Shown here: positions 1 through 9,659 of the stretch, piece by piece
Numbering within the stretch: the first letter of the stretch is position 1
How the letters are laid out: each line of letters begins with the position of its first letter
Source of the DNA: Clostridia bacterium
GTDB lineage: Bacteria; Bacillota; Clostridia; Christensenellales; QALW01
Direction of reading: 5' to 3'
Assembly (NCBI GenBank): GCA_045541035.1
Contig: JAZQII010000049.1
Location: forward strand, 12,225-76,224
DNA length: 64,000 nucleotides
Notes under the pieces: generated by a model
Database searches by the model: none
What the model saw: the letters and a program-made list of their open reading frames with translations, nothing else
What the model was told of the DNA's origin: nothing
Translations under genes and position numbers: made by a program

Positions 1-1
1 T

Positions 2-727
2 TTATGCTTAGAAGGCGATGATGATAAAAAACTTACAGATAATGAACTTCTTGAAGCCTTCAAGGACAATATGTTTCTTGCGTCAGATACCGCTAAAAAT
101 CTCATTGAACGTGGTTTTTTGCAGTATATCGGTGTTGAGGTAAGGGAATGGGAGGGGTTAACGCCTACGGGTGAATTGCTTCTTGTGAACAATAAAACAA
201 CGAAAATGCAGATGCATTATAAGGAGTTAAAGCCCATATCAGATAAAGTTAAAGCATATTCATACGCTTTTAATGCAGTTGGCGGCGGTGAAAAAACAAT
301 GCTTTTCCCTGCAATGACGATGTATGAAAATGCGTTGGGTGGTAAAATTTTCGTTTTCTGCGGTACCCCCGTTGCCCAATTTAATATTTTAGAGGCATTT
401 TCATTCCTTAACTATTCAAGAAAGCTTCAACTTATTGAAGTCTTAAAGGAAACGGACAATTTAAAGGCGTATTACGTTGATGATGAGGAAGTTTACTTTA
501 AAACGGCAGATATGCCAAACGGTACGCTTTTTGCCTCAATTTTTAATATTAGTTTTGACCCTATTGAAGAAATCCGCCTTTACGTAAACAAGCCGGTTAA
601 AAAGGTCGAAATTCTTACGCCCGAAGGTAATAGAGAAGAAGTTCAATTTGTAACAGAGGGCAATAATATTTTTACGGTTAAAACTCGTGCTGACGTTTTA
701 ACCCCGGTAATTTTATTTATTTCTTAA
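2..727 (+). CDS. hypothetical protein, 5' end outside window
   Basis: The frame of the listed 71..727 ORF stays open back to nt 2 (LCLEGDDDKKLTDNELLEAFKDN precedes the first Met). The gene therefore enters the window already in progress. No family recognised. Confidence 0.5.
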   Translation, partial: LCLEGDDDKKLTDNELLEAFKDNMFLASDTAKNLIERGFLQYIGVEVREWEGLTPTGELLLVNNKTTKMQMHYKELKPISDKVKAYSYAFNAVGGGEKTMLFPAMTMYENALGGKIFVFCGTPVAQFNILEAFSFLNYSRKLQLIEVLKETDNLKAYYVDDEEVYFKTADMPNGTLFASIFNISFDPIEEIRLYVNKPVKKVEILTPEGNREEVQFVTEGNNIFTVKTRADVLTPVILFIS

Positions 728-737
728 GGAGAAATTT

Positions 738-1766
738 ATGTGTAATATTGCAGGATATATCGGCACAAAAAAAGCCGCGCCCATATTGTTTGAAATGATA
801 AAAAAGCAGGAGGGTTATGCAGGCGGTTATTATGCAGGCATCGCAACTATAAAAGATAATAAAATTCTTTCCCATAAACTTACGGGAAGTGTTGAGATGC
901 TTGAAAACACCTTTGCAAGGAATTTGGAGGGCAATATCGGTATAATTCATACACGCTCCAATGCAGGCGGCGGTGATGAATGGGCGCATCCCTTTTTAGG
1001 CACGAAAAACGGTGAAGTTATAACAGCTTATGGGGCAGTAGGGTGTAGCGGATTCTTTGAAGCCTTAAATCTTTGCGATAAGGTTGCAGTTGATCTTTAT
1101 AACGAAGACTTCACCATGCTTTCAAGCGTTGATATTGAAAGCGATTTATATCCATTACTTCCTGACGGCAAAAGGGCACATATGAGTGATGTTATGTGTA
1201 ACCTTGTTTTAAAAAATATTCTTGAAGGCAACACAAGTGATATTGCTATGGCAAAGGCTTTCTACCAGATGCCTGCTGAAATAATCGGACTTAATATTCA
1301 TAAGGACGAGGATGACAGAATCGCCTGGGCAAAAGTAAGTGAAGCGCTTTTTGTAAGTTTTACTTCCCATGGTGTATATATTTCTTCTTCCCCTGAAGCG
1401 TTCCCTTCAGATGCAGGGCAGATACATATGCTTCCTCCCAACTCATCAGGATATATTTATAAGGATCACTATACGGTTATTCCTTTTGAAAATAACCCTT
1501 GCACGGTTCGCGAGCTTGACGGCAGTTTTGTTGCTGAAAACTATAACCGCATCTATGAACTTTTAAAGGAAGAAAGCGCATATTATCCTCTTTGGGATAC
1601 TATTAAACCTATGTTTACGGGTGCTGACGTTTATCAAATAAGTTCCATATTAAACGTAGTTATCGAAGCCTTAAAGCGCGATAATAAACTTGAAATGCGC
1701 ACAATCGAGGTTGACGGCGCAAAAGAGGGAATAAAGGCAAAACAATGTATGTTTAAAACGAAATAA
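738..1766 (+). CDS. class-II (Ntn-type) glutamine amidotransferase domain protein
   Basis: The N-terminus MCNIAGYIG has Cys2, as in GlmS/PurF-type amidotransferases. AAGGAG RBS upstream. No partner domain recognised in the C-terminal ~200 aa. Confidence 0.6.
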   Translation: MCNIAGYIGTKKAAPILFEMIKKQEGYAGGYYAGIATIKDNKILSHKLTGSVEMLENTFARNLEGNIGIIHTRSNAGGGDEWAHPFLGTKNGEVITAYGAVGCSGFFEALNLCDKVAVDLYNEDFTMLSSVDIESDLYPLLPDGKRAHMSDVMCNLVLKNILEGNTSDIAMAKAFYQMPAEIIGLNIHKDEDDRIAWAKVSEALFVSFTSHGVYISSSPEAFPSDAGQIHMLPPNSSGYIYKDHYTVIPFENNPCTVRELDGSFVAENYNRIYELLKEESAYYPLWDTIKPMFTGADVYQISSILNVVIEALKRDNKLEMRTIEVDGAKEGIKAKQCMFKTK

Positions 1767-1793
1767 AAATTTTCCCATATTGACTTTTACAAT

Positions 1794-1829
1794 ATCTGTG
1801 TGTTAGAATATAATACACAGATTTTTTTT
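1794..1829 (+). terminator. intrinsic terminator after the amidotransferase-like gene
   Basis: ATCTGTGT (1794-1801) pairs with ACACAGAT (1815-1822), followed by T8. The 13-nt loop also contains TATAAT, with TTTACA 17 nt upstream, so a promoter for etfB may be embedded. Confidence 0.5.
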
Positions 1830-1846
1830 ATTTAAGGAATGATTAT

Positions 1847-2635
1847 ATGAAAATTCTTGTTTGTATCAAGCAGGTACCGGGCTCAAATAATGTTGAAGTT
1901 GATCCCGTTACAGGTGTTTTAAAAAGAAACGGCGTTCAGAGTAAGATGAACCCTTATGATCTTTACGGCATTGAAACGGCTCTTTCTTTGTGTGAGAAAT
2001 ACGGTGGCGAAGTTGAAACCATTACAATGGGCCCACCTCAGGCAAAAGCGGTTATTGTTGAAGCAATTTCAATGGGCGCAAAGTCGGGAACGGTGTTATC
2101 CGATAGAAAGTTTGCAGGCGCTGACGTTCTTGCAACGGCATATACTCTTTCCCAAGGAATTAAAAAAGCGGGGGAATTTGATCTTATAATCTGCGGAAAG
2201 CAGACAACTGACGGTGATACCGCTCAGGTTGGCGCGGAAGTTGCGGAATATTTGGGACTCGCCAACGTTTCAAACGTCCTTTCTGTTGATGATATTAAGG
2301 ATAATGAAATTTATCTTACTGCCGCACTTGATAATAAAACAATAAAAAGCAAGGTTAAAATGCCTTGTGTTATCTCTGTTGACGGTGATATTAACTCTCC
2401 CCGTTTGCCTTCTTATAAGATCAGACAAACCGTTACAGATGATATGGTAAAATTTTTAAGTTTTGACGATTTTTCCGATAAAGACGAAAACAATTACGGC
2501 TTAAAAGGCTCGGCAACTCAGGTTGAAAGAATATTCCCACCTGAAAAAAATACCGATAAGGAAATGATCGAGGGTACGCAAAAAGAAAAGGCCCAAAAAT
2601 TATTTGAACTTATTCAGAACAAAAAACTTATTTAA
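1847..2635 (+). CDS. etfB: electron transfer flavoprotein beta subunit
   Basis: MKILVCIKQVPGS N-terminus and 262-aa length typical of EtfB. Directly followed by etfA. Confidence 0.9.
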   Translation: MKILVCIKQVPGSNNVEVDPVTGVLKRNGVQSKMNPYDLYGIETALSLCEKYGGEVETITMGPPQAKAVIVEAISMGAKSGTVLSDRKFAGADVLATAYTLSQGIKKAGEFDLIICGKQTTDGDTAQVGAEVAEYLGLANVSNVLSVDDIKDNEIYLTAALDNKTIKSKVKMPCVISVDGDINSPRLPSYKIRQTVTDDMVKFLSFDDFSDKDENNYGLKGSATQVERIFPPEKNTDKEMIEGTQKEKAQKLFELIQNKKLI

Positions 2636-2647
2636 GGAGGTGCAATA

Positions 2648-3841
2648 ATGGGAAAATTAGTTGTAAAAAATGAACTTCTAACTAAAGAAAAAGCAGAAAA
2701 TCTCGTAAAAATATGTCCCTTTAATGCAATCTCCTACGAAAACGGTAAAATCGAAATTTCAGCGGCTTGCAAGATGTGCAAACTTTGCGTTAAAAAAGGC
2801 GAAGGTGTTATTGAGTACGTTGAAGAAGAAACAAAATCCGTTGATAAATCTCTGTGGAACGGTATTTGTGTTTACGTTGACCACGAAGGTGAAAACATTC
2901 ATCGCGTTACTTATGAACTTTTAGGAAAAGCCAACGAACTTAAGAAAGTTACCAATCACCCTATTTACGCCCTTGTTATTGGCTATAAAATGGGGGATAG
3001 CGTAAATAAACTTCTTCATTATGGCGTTGATAAAGTGTTTGTATATGACGAAGAAGAACTTAAAGATTTCAGAATTGAGCCATACACTTCTGTTTTTTGT
3101 GATTTTATTGATAAAATAAAACCGTCAAGCGTTCTGCTTGGTGCAACAAATCTTGGACGTCAACTTGCTCCCCGTGTTGCGGCACGTTGCCGTGCAGGTC
3201 TTACTGCTGACTGCACCGTTCTTGAAATGAAAGAAAATACTGATCTTGTTCAAATTCGTCCTGCTTTTGGCGGAAATATTATGGCGCAGATTATCTCGAC
3301 AAATACCCGTCCTCAATTCTGCACCGTTCGCTATAAGGTGTTTAATGAGCCAAAACCCAGCGACGTTATCAGCGGTGAAATCGTAAAAATGACCGTTGAA
3401 AAGGATAAATTAGTTTCTGATATTACCGTTTTATCATCAATGGATAAACCTAAAGATATTGATATTTCCGAAGCAGACGTGATCGTTGCGGTAGGTCGTG
3501 GCGCGCAAAGTGAAGGTATGCGCACATATGCACATGAACTTGCCGAACTTCTCGGCGGTGTTGTTGCGTGCACCCGTCCTCTTGCCGAAGCCAATATTTT
3601 TGATGCAAAGCATCAGATAGGTCTTTCAGGCAGAACGGTGAAGCCTAAATTTATTATTTGTTTGGGTATTTCAGGCGCAGTTCAGTTTGCGGCAGGTATG
3701 AAATCATCTGACTGTATCGTTGCAATAAACAGCGATAAAAATGCAAGCATATTTGACGTTGCCCATTACGGCATTGTTGGCGACGTAAATGAGATCGTAC
3801 CAATGCTTATTGAGTCTATCAAGGAGGCAACAAATGTATAA
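2648..3841 (+). CDS. etfA: electron transfer flavoprotein alpha subunit with N-terminal ferredoxin-like domain
   Basis: N-terminal Cys cluster (CPFNAI...CKMCKLC), then an EtfA core with the C-terminal FAD motif [12 protein letters not shown]. Confidence 0.9.
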   Translation: MGKLVVKNELLTKEKAENLVKICPFNAISYENGKIEISAACKMCKLCVKKGEGVIEYVEEETKSVDKSLWNGICVYVDHEGENIHRVTYELLGKANELKKVTNHPIYALVIGYKMGDSVNKLLHYGVDKVFVYDEEELKDFRIEPYTSVFCDFIDKIKPSSVLLGATNLGRQLAPRVAARCRAGLTADCTVLEMKENTDLVQIRPAFGGNIMAQIISTNTRPQFCTVRYKVFNEPKPSDVISGEIVKMTVEKDKLVSDITVLSSMDKPKDIDISEADVIVAVGRGAQSEGMRTYAHELAELLGGVVACTRPLAEANIFDAKHQIGLSGRTVKPKFIICLGISGAVQFAAGMKSSDCIVAINSDKNASIFDVAHYGIVGDVNEIVPMLIESIKEATNV

Positions 3842-5231
3842 TAAAATTAACGAAAAAGATATTTTGCTTTTAAAAAATATTTCAGGTGAAAGCAACGTAC
3901 TTGTTGGAAATGAAATAAATCAGGACTATTCTCATGATGAACTTGGCGACGTTGAAAGAATGCCTGACGTGCTTATCCGCGTTCATTCAACGGAAGAAGT
4001 TTCGTCTATTATGAAACTCGCTTATGAAAGAAACATTCCCGTAACGGTTCGCGGCAGCGGAACGGGACTTGTTGGCGCGGCTGTTCCCATTGAAGGCGGA
4101 ATTTTATTGGAAACCACACAGATGAATAAAATTCTTGAACTTGATAGGGAAACACTTACCGTAACGGTTCAGCCGGGCGTTCTTTTAATGGAGCTTGCGG
4201 CATTTTGCGAAGAAAACGATTTCCTTTATCCACCTGATCCGGGTGAAAAGTCAGCCACCATCGGCGGTAATATTTCTACAAATGCAGGTGGTATGCGCGC
4301 CGTAAAATACGGTGTAACCCGTGATTACGTTCGTCAGTTGACGGTCGTTATGCCTAACGGTGAGATCATGATTCTTGGCGGTAAGGTTGCAAAAAACAGT
4401 TCAGGCTATAGCCTTAAAGACCTTGTTATCGGCTCGGAAGGAACTCTGTGTATTATCACCGAAGCTATTTTGAAACTTGTTCCTCTGCCTAAAATTTCTA
4501 TTAGTTTGCTTGTGCCTTTTAAAGACATGAAAAGTGCCATTGAAGCAGTACCGCATATAATCCGTTCAAAGGTTATACCTACTGCCATTGAGTATATGTC
4601 AAGAGATACTATTTTGTTTTCGGAAAGTTATCTTGGCAAAAAGTTCCCCGATAGTAAAAACGATGCCTATATTCTTTTAACTTTTGACGGCAACACAGAT
4701 GAGCAGGTAAATGATGATCTTAAAACAGTTGCCGATCTGTGCCTTAACGAGTTGGGCGCACTTGATGCATACATCGTTGATACGGAAGAACGTAAAAAAT
4801 CGGTTTGGTCGGCTCGCGGCGCATTCCTTGAGGCTATTAAGGCCTCAACAACACAGATGGATGAGTGCGACGTAGTTGTTCCCGGCAATAAAGTTGATGA
4901 ATTTATAAAATTTACCCACGAAGTTGCTGAAAAACTTGATATTCGTATTCCAAGTTTCGGTCATGCAGGCGACGGCAATCTTCACGTTTACATCTGCCGT
5001 GATGAACTTGATGATATTGAGTGGGAAACAAGGCTTCAAAAGTGTTTTGATCTTATGTATGATAAGGCGCAGGAACTTGGCGGACTTGTTTCGGGCGAGC
5101 ACGGAATAGGCTATGCAAAGAAAAAGTATCTTAAGAAGCAATACGGTGAAAACCATATTGCTATAATGCAGGGAATCAAGAGAGTTTTTGATGAAAAAAA
5201 TATTCTTAATCCCGGCAAAATTTGTTTCTAA
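3834..5231 (+). CDS. FAD-binding oxidoreductase, GlcD/LctD-like (putative Etf-dependent lactate or 2-hydroxyacid dehydrogenase)
   Basis: PCMH-type FAD motif [14 protein letters not shown]-terminal [14 protein letters not shown] is typical of the GlcD/D-lactate dehydrogenase family. Start moved to ATG 3834, which has AAGGAGG at 3821-3827 and overlaps the etfA stop. The track start at 3789 lies inside etfA. Confidence 0.85.
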   Translation: MYNKINEKDILLLKNISGESNVLVGNEINQDYSHDELGDVERMPDVLIRVHSTEEVSSIMKLAYERNIPVTVRGSGTGLVGAAVPIEGGILLETTQMNKILELDRETLTVTVQPGVLLMELAAFCEENDFLYPPDPGEKSATIGGNISTNAGGMRAVKYGVTRDYVRQLTVVMPNGEIMILGGKVAKNSSGYSLKDLVIGSEGTLCIITEAILKLVPLPKISISLLVPFKDMKSAIEAVPHIIRSKVIPTAIEYMSRDTILFSESYLGKKFPDSKNDAYILLTFDGNTDEQVNDDLKTVADLCLNELGALDAYIVDTEERKKSVWSARGAFLEAIKASTTQMDECDVVVPGNKVDEFIKFTHEVAEKLDIRIPSFGHAGDGNLHVYICRDELDDIEWETRLQKCFDLMYDKAQELGGLVSGEHGIGYAKKKYLKKQYGENHIAIMQGIKRVFDEKNILNPGKICF

Positions 5232-5280
5232 AAAACAGTTGCTAAAAAAACGCATAAGTGCTATAATTTGTTGGTGTTAA

Positions 5281-5307
5281 AAAAAGCGGTATTTTGCCGC
5301 TTTTTTT
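5281..5307 (+). terminator. intrinsic terminator
   Basis: AAAAAGCGG / CCGCTTTTT hairpin followed by a T-run. Confidence 0.6.
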
Positions 5308-5378
5308 GCGGAAAAAAATAACGCTGGCAATAAGAGCAAAGAACCCTTTTACCAACGAAAAAAGGAAGATAATTTTTT

Positions 5379-6674
5379 ATGAGCACTCTTTTGGTTGTTT
5401 CCATTGCACTGCTTGCAGGTCTTTTGATGACGCGGCTTTTTAAACCCCTTAAGTTACCGTCAGTAACGGCATACTTAATTGCAGGTGTTCTTGTCGGACC
5501 GTACTGTTTAGGAAAACTTGGTATCCACGGTGTTGGCTTTGATTCCCATGAGTTTGTTGAAAGCCTTAAACTTGTTTCTGAAGTAGCATTAGGCTTTATC
5601 GCTTTTTCTATCGGTAATGAGTTCAGGCTTGACGACCTTAAGAAAACGGGAAAGCAAGCACTTGTTATAGGTATAGTTCAAGCGCTTGTTGCAACACTTT
5701 TTGTTGATCTTGCACTTTTTGGCTTGCATTTGTTGATGCCCGATAAATTAACGGTACCGCAACTTATTACTTTAGGTGCTATCGCAACTGCAACGGCACC
5801 TGCCGCAACACTTATGGTTGTAAGGCAGTATAAGGCAAAAGGACCTTTAACAAAAATTTTATTACCCATCGTTGCTCTTGATGATGCAGTAGGTCTTGTG
5901 GTCTTTGCCGTATCGTTCGGTATTGCAAAAACTCTTGTTTCAAATGAGATCGATTTATTTTCAATTCTTGTAAATCCTCTTATTGAAATTACTTTATCGC
6001 TTCTTCTTGGCGCAATAATGGGTTGGATACTTACTCAGCTTGAAAAATTATTCAACTCTAACACAAACAGACTTAACCTTACCATCGGAATGGTGCTTAT
6101 AACTGCATCACTTGCCATGCTCGATTTCCATATCGGTCCCGTGCACGTGCAGTTCTCATCACTTCTTGTATGCATGATGCTGGGAACCGTGTTCTGTAAT
6201 ATCTGTCCTTTATCTCACGATCTTATGGGCGCGGCAGATAAATGGACTTCTCCTATATTTGCGTTGTTCTTTGTAATAAGCGGTGCTGAACTTGAACTGA
6301 GCGTTTTTGCCGATTGGGCAATAGTTGTTATCGGTATCGTTTATATAATTTTCAGATCTTTAGGAAAATATTTCGGCGCATATATAAGCGCAAAAGGAAC
6401 GAAATGTTCACCCGAAATTTGCAAGTATCTTGGTATAACACTTCTTCCGCAGGCAGGTGTTGCTTTAGGAATGTGCACAACTGCCATGGCTTTAGGAGAG
6501 CAGGGAAATCTTATCCGTAACATAACTCTTTTTGCAGTTCTTATTTATGAACTTGTAGGACCGCTTCTTACACGTCAGGCACTTTCAGCAGCAGGCGAAA
6601 TCGCACCTATGCCTGATCACGTTAAGAACCGCCGTCAGCATAAGTTAAACGAAGCAAGTAATAAAGATAAATAA
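5379..6674 (+). CDS. cation:proton antiporter (Na+/H+ exchanger family)
   Basis: 431 aa, about 12 predicted TM helices, sequence typical of the CPA/KefB-like membrane domain. Confidence 0.75.
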   Translation: MSTLLVVSIALLAGLLMTRLFKPLKLPSVTAYLIAGVLVGPYCLGKLGIHGVGFDSHEFVESLKLVSEVALGFIAFSIGNEFRLDDLKKTGKQALVIGIVQALVATLFVDLALFGLHLLMPDKLTVPQLITLGAIATATAPAATLMVVRQYKAKGPLTKILLPIVALDDAVGLVVFAVSFGIAKTLVSNEIDLFSILVNPLIEITLSLLLGAIMGWILTQLEKLFNSNTNRLNLTIGMVLITASLAMLDFHIGPVHVQFSSLLVCMMLGTVFCNICPLSHDLMGAADKWTSPIFALFFVISGAELELSVFADWAIVVIGIVYIIFRSLGKYFGAYISAKGTKCSPEICKYLGITLLPQAGVALGMCTTAMALGEQGNLIRNITLFAVLIYELVGPLLTRQALSAAGEIAPMPDHVKNRRQHKLNEASNKDK

Positions 6675-6675
6675 T

Positions 6676-6709
6676 AAAAAATCCGAAGCATTTCGCTTCG
6701 GATTTTTTT
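6676..6709. terminator. bidirectional terminator between convergent genes
   Basis: ATCCGAAGC / GCTTCGGAT 9-bp stem flanked by an A-run and a T-run. Confidence 0.7.
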
Positions 6710-8141
6710 AACATGATTTAAGAAGTCTTATATAAAATTCAACTGCGCGGCAAAGTGCTTCAAGCCGAATCTTTTCGTTGTTGCCGTGAATGCTTGCACG
6801 TTCTTCTTTTGTAAGATCCATGGCAGAAAATTTATATACGTGATTTGAAATATCCTTATAATGTCTTGAGTCTGAACATTGCACCATAAGATATGGGGCA
6901 ACGATACAACCGCGCCATGTGCTTGCAACTGCATTGGCAACTTTATCCCACTGTGGACAGTAAACTTCGGAAATGGGGCTGGGTTCCATATGACTTCCCA
7001 CTATAAGTTCTATTTTTTCATCATTTACTGTTTTCTTTATGCGGTTTAATGCGCTTTCAACTGAATCTTCAGGGTTAAGGCGCATATTTGCAACAAGGGA
7101 AGCGTTTGGCGGAATAACGTTGGGAGCGCTGCTTCCTTGTGCCTGAGTAAAGGCAACGGTTGTTCTCAATAATGCATTCATCTCACCGCCGCTTGTTTTT
7201 GCAATTAAATCAAGAACACCTTTAAAAAGCCACATATTTGCAAAAATCATTTTAAAAAGGAAAGTTGAATGTCTGCCCAAAACGTTGAACATTTCTTTTG
7301 CAGGAGTTGTAAGATGCATGGGAAACGGCTTATCTTCAACTTTTTTGCAGGCTTTAGAAAGAATTCCGATAGGCGTGTGCGGTTTAGGTGCAGAAGCATG
7401 GCCACCTGAAGAATTTGTTTTAAAGGTAAGATTCATCATGCCTTTTTCAGCAATGCCGATAAGTCCGCAAGGCTTTTTAACACCGGGGAAAACGTTTTCA
7501 ACAACGCCGCCGCCTTCATCAACAACAAGATAGGGGGTAATATTGTTTGTTTTAAACCACTGAACAATGTTTTCCGCACCTTTTCCGTTGACTTCTTCGC
7601 CACCTGAGAAAGCAAAGTATATGTCATTTTCAGGGACAAACTCTTTTCCTATAAGTTCATCGGCTGCAGAAAGAATAGCGTTAAAAGTAACCTTTGTATC
7701 TAACGTGCCGCGTCCCCACATTACACCGTCTTCGATAATGGCTTCAAAGGGCGGTTTTTCCCACATTTCTTCTTCAACGGGAACAACGTCATAATGTGCC
7801 ATCATAACGGCAGGATTCTCGCTTTTCTTGCCTTTCCACAAGAATAATAAGGCGCGGTCAGGTAATTGTGTAAAAGTGCAGGTCTTTGTTACATTGGGGT
7901 AAAGTTCAGGAATAAGATCAATAAGTTTTTGAAACTCATTATCGTCTTCAAGTGATTTATCGTAGTAAGAAACAGTCTTGCACTTTATAAGTTGTTGAAG
8001 GGAAGAAATTGCTTTTTCCTTATCAAATTCGATAGTATCGGTATCGGGTTCTTTTTGCTTTATTGGCTTAAAGGTAAAAGTTCTTATAAGAATAACCAGA
8101 ATAAAAAGTAAAATGATACCCAGAATTATATATATCCACAT
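6708..8141 (-). CDS. M20 family metallopeptidase with N-terminal membrane anchor
   Basis: Motifs MMAHYDVVPV, WGRGTLDTK and FSGGEEV (M20 metal ligands). Hydrophobic N-terminus MWIYIILGIILLFILVILI. Confidence 0.8.
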   Translation of the reverse strand: MWIYIILGIILLFILVILIRTFTFKPIKQKEPDTDTIEFDKEKAISSLQQLIKCKTVSYYDKSLEDDNEFQKLIDLIPELYPNVTKTCTFTQLPDRALLFLWKGKKSENPAVMMAHYDVVPVEEEMWEKPPFEAIIEDGVMWGRGTLDTKVTFNAILSAADELIGKEFVPENDIYFAFSGGEEVNGKGAENIVQWFKTNNITPYLVVDEGGGVVENVFPGVKKPCGLIGIAEKGMMNLTFKTNSSGGHASAPKPHTPIGILSKACKKVEDKPFPMHLTTPAKEMFNVLGRHSTFLFKMIFANMWLFKGVLDLIAKTSGGEMNALLRTTVAFTQAQGSSAPNVIPPNASLVANMRLNPEDSVESALNRIKKTVNDEKIELIVGSHMEPSPISEVYCPQWDKVANAVASTWRGCIVAPYLMVQCSDSRHYKDISNHVYKFSAMDLTKEERASIHGNNEKIRLEALCRAVEFYIRLLKSC

Positions 8142-8142
8142 A

Positions 8143-8796
8143 TTACAGCCAGCCTTTCTTATACATGAAACGGCTTACTGCCAATGAAAATAATGCGCTT
8201 ACGGGAACCATTATTCCTACTGTACCTTCGTTAAGAGCAGGAATTGCGATAAACAAGATGAGCATAAGTACGATGGGCGCAATGGATATCTTCCAATTTT
8301 TTGAAATGAAAACTACGCCGAGTCCGCCGAAAAGAGCAGGGATCATCTGATCAAAAGCAGGTGTGAGCACGGGCGCGTTTAATATAGGTGTAAGGGGAAC
8401 GATAAGGATTACGCCTAAAATGATAATAACTGTCGTAACGATACTTGAAATGGCAATGGCGATGGTAGAAACAACTTCGCCTTCCTCGGAATTTGCCTTA
8501 ACACCTGCCTGATCAAGTGCGTTAAGTGCGCAGGGAAGTTTTAAATTTGAAATGTTTCCCGTTACAAATGAGAGGTATGAGCCACCTGCACCAAGCATGG
8601 GAATATATGTAATTGTTTCAATTACGCCTACTGCCCAATACATAGGTGCCGTTGCAATTAAGCCCATTAAAAGTGCCTTGAAATCGGGAACAGCGCCGAA
8701 AAGAATCATAACAAGCACGGGGAATAAGATAAAAAGAACCATGATGCTTAAGTTCCATATAGTACCCCAGCGATGTACTTTATCCATATAATTCAT
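8143..8796 (-). CDS. polytopic membrane protein, function unknown
   Basis: Start moved to ATG 8796 (MNYMDKV...), which has a GGAGGG RBS. The track start at 8898 overlaps the upstream gene. About 6 TM helices. One-nt gap to the M20 gene. Confidence 0.6.
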   Translation of the reverse strand: MNYMDKVHRWGTIWNLSIMVLFILFPVLVMILFGAVPDFKALLMGLIATAPMYWAVGVIETITYIPMLGAGGSYLSFVTGNISNLKLPCALNALDQAGVKANSEEGEVVSTIAIAISSIVTTVIIILGVILIVPLTPILNAPVLTPAFDQMIPALFGGLGVVFISKNWKISIAPIVLMLILFIAIPALNEGTVGIMVPVSALFSLAVSRFMYKKGWL

Positions 8797-8816
8797 AAAT
8801 ATACCCTCCTTAACCA

Positions 8817-9563
8817 CTAACCAAGCCATGCGGTTATCGGAATTGCACTTGCCATACCAAGCACAAGGCTTGCAGGCAAAGCGTAATCTGATATCCAATG
8901 TGCATTTTTGAATTTTTTAACTAAAATTCCCGAAACAGCCATAACAAGTGCGGAAACTATCATAACGAGTACGGGAATAAGTCCTTTTGTTTCTCCTGAG
9001 AAAACTGAAGAGAAATCACAGAAGATGAATCCTACGAATGCGGCGATCATACCAAGGAAAATGGCGTTCTGGAAAATTTCAGACCATTTTTTATCGCGCT
9101 TTTCAAGATTCAGCATACCCTTTTGCAATCTTTTTGCAAGAACGGGAACAAGCCATATGCCAACTAAGATGCTTATTGTCATAACAAGAACAACGGTAAC
9201 GTACTGTGATGCAGTTTCAATGCCCTGAAGTTCAATTCCGTTCACTTCTTCAATGGCATTAATTGCATTTTCCTGGGCGATGGTTTCGTATGACATAGAG
9301 CCAACAACGCTTAATCTCAACCAAGGCAGAGGAACGCCTAAAGATTTTGCAAGAGCAAAAACACAGATGATTATTGATATTGCAGGCGCAATGGTAAAAA
9401 TTGCGGCTGTAAAAGCAATACTTCTGAGTTTTGATTTTTCCATACCTAATTCTTTTCCGCGTTTCCATGCTTTTATAAGGAAGAAAGCGGATTGTGCAAG
9501 TACTGCGGCAATTATTACTGCGGCAAGCACGTACAGCACGGGATGATTCAAATTGAATTCCAT
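8817..9563 (-). CDS. polytopic membrane protein, function unknown
   Basis: 248 aa with multiple TM helices. Same strand as, and tightly spaced with, the next two genes. Confidence 0.6.
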   Translation of the reverse strand: MEFNLNHPVLYVLAAVIIAAVLAQSAFFLIKAWKRGKELGMEKSKLRSIAFTAAIFTIAPAISIIICVFALAKSLGVPLPWLRLSVVGSMSYETIAQENAINAIEEVNGIELQGIETASQYVTVVLVMTISILVGIWLVPVLAKRLQKGMLNLEKRDKKWSEIFQNAIFLGMIAAFVGFIFCDFSSVFSGETKGLIPVLVMIVSALVMAVSGILVKKFKNAHWISDYALPASLVLGMASAIPITAWLG

Positions 9564-9624
9564 AAATAAAGACTCCTTTGTATTTTTTTGTATATTATAT
9601 AATAAATCTTACCATAAAACAAGT

Positions 9625-9652
9625 AAAAACCGCTGAAATTTTTCAGCGGTTT
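9625..9652 (-). terminator. intrinsic terminator after the rhamnosidase gene
   Basis: AAAACCGCTGAAA / TTTCAGCGGTTTT hairpin with a U-run on the minus strand. Confidence 0.65.
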
Positions 9653-9659
9653 TACCTTT

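Noticed and set aside
3789-3833. Upstream track start ([15 protein letters not shown]) for the dehydrogenase gene, and similar long N-terminal extensions at 8898, 19623, 20047, 20312, 26093, 26856, 43470, 44703, 45388 and 45696
   Set aside because: In each case the extension overlaps the preceding gene or lies upstream of the mapped promoter. An internal ATG with a proper Shine-Dalgarno sequence, often in an ATGA overlap, gives a sensible N-terminus.
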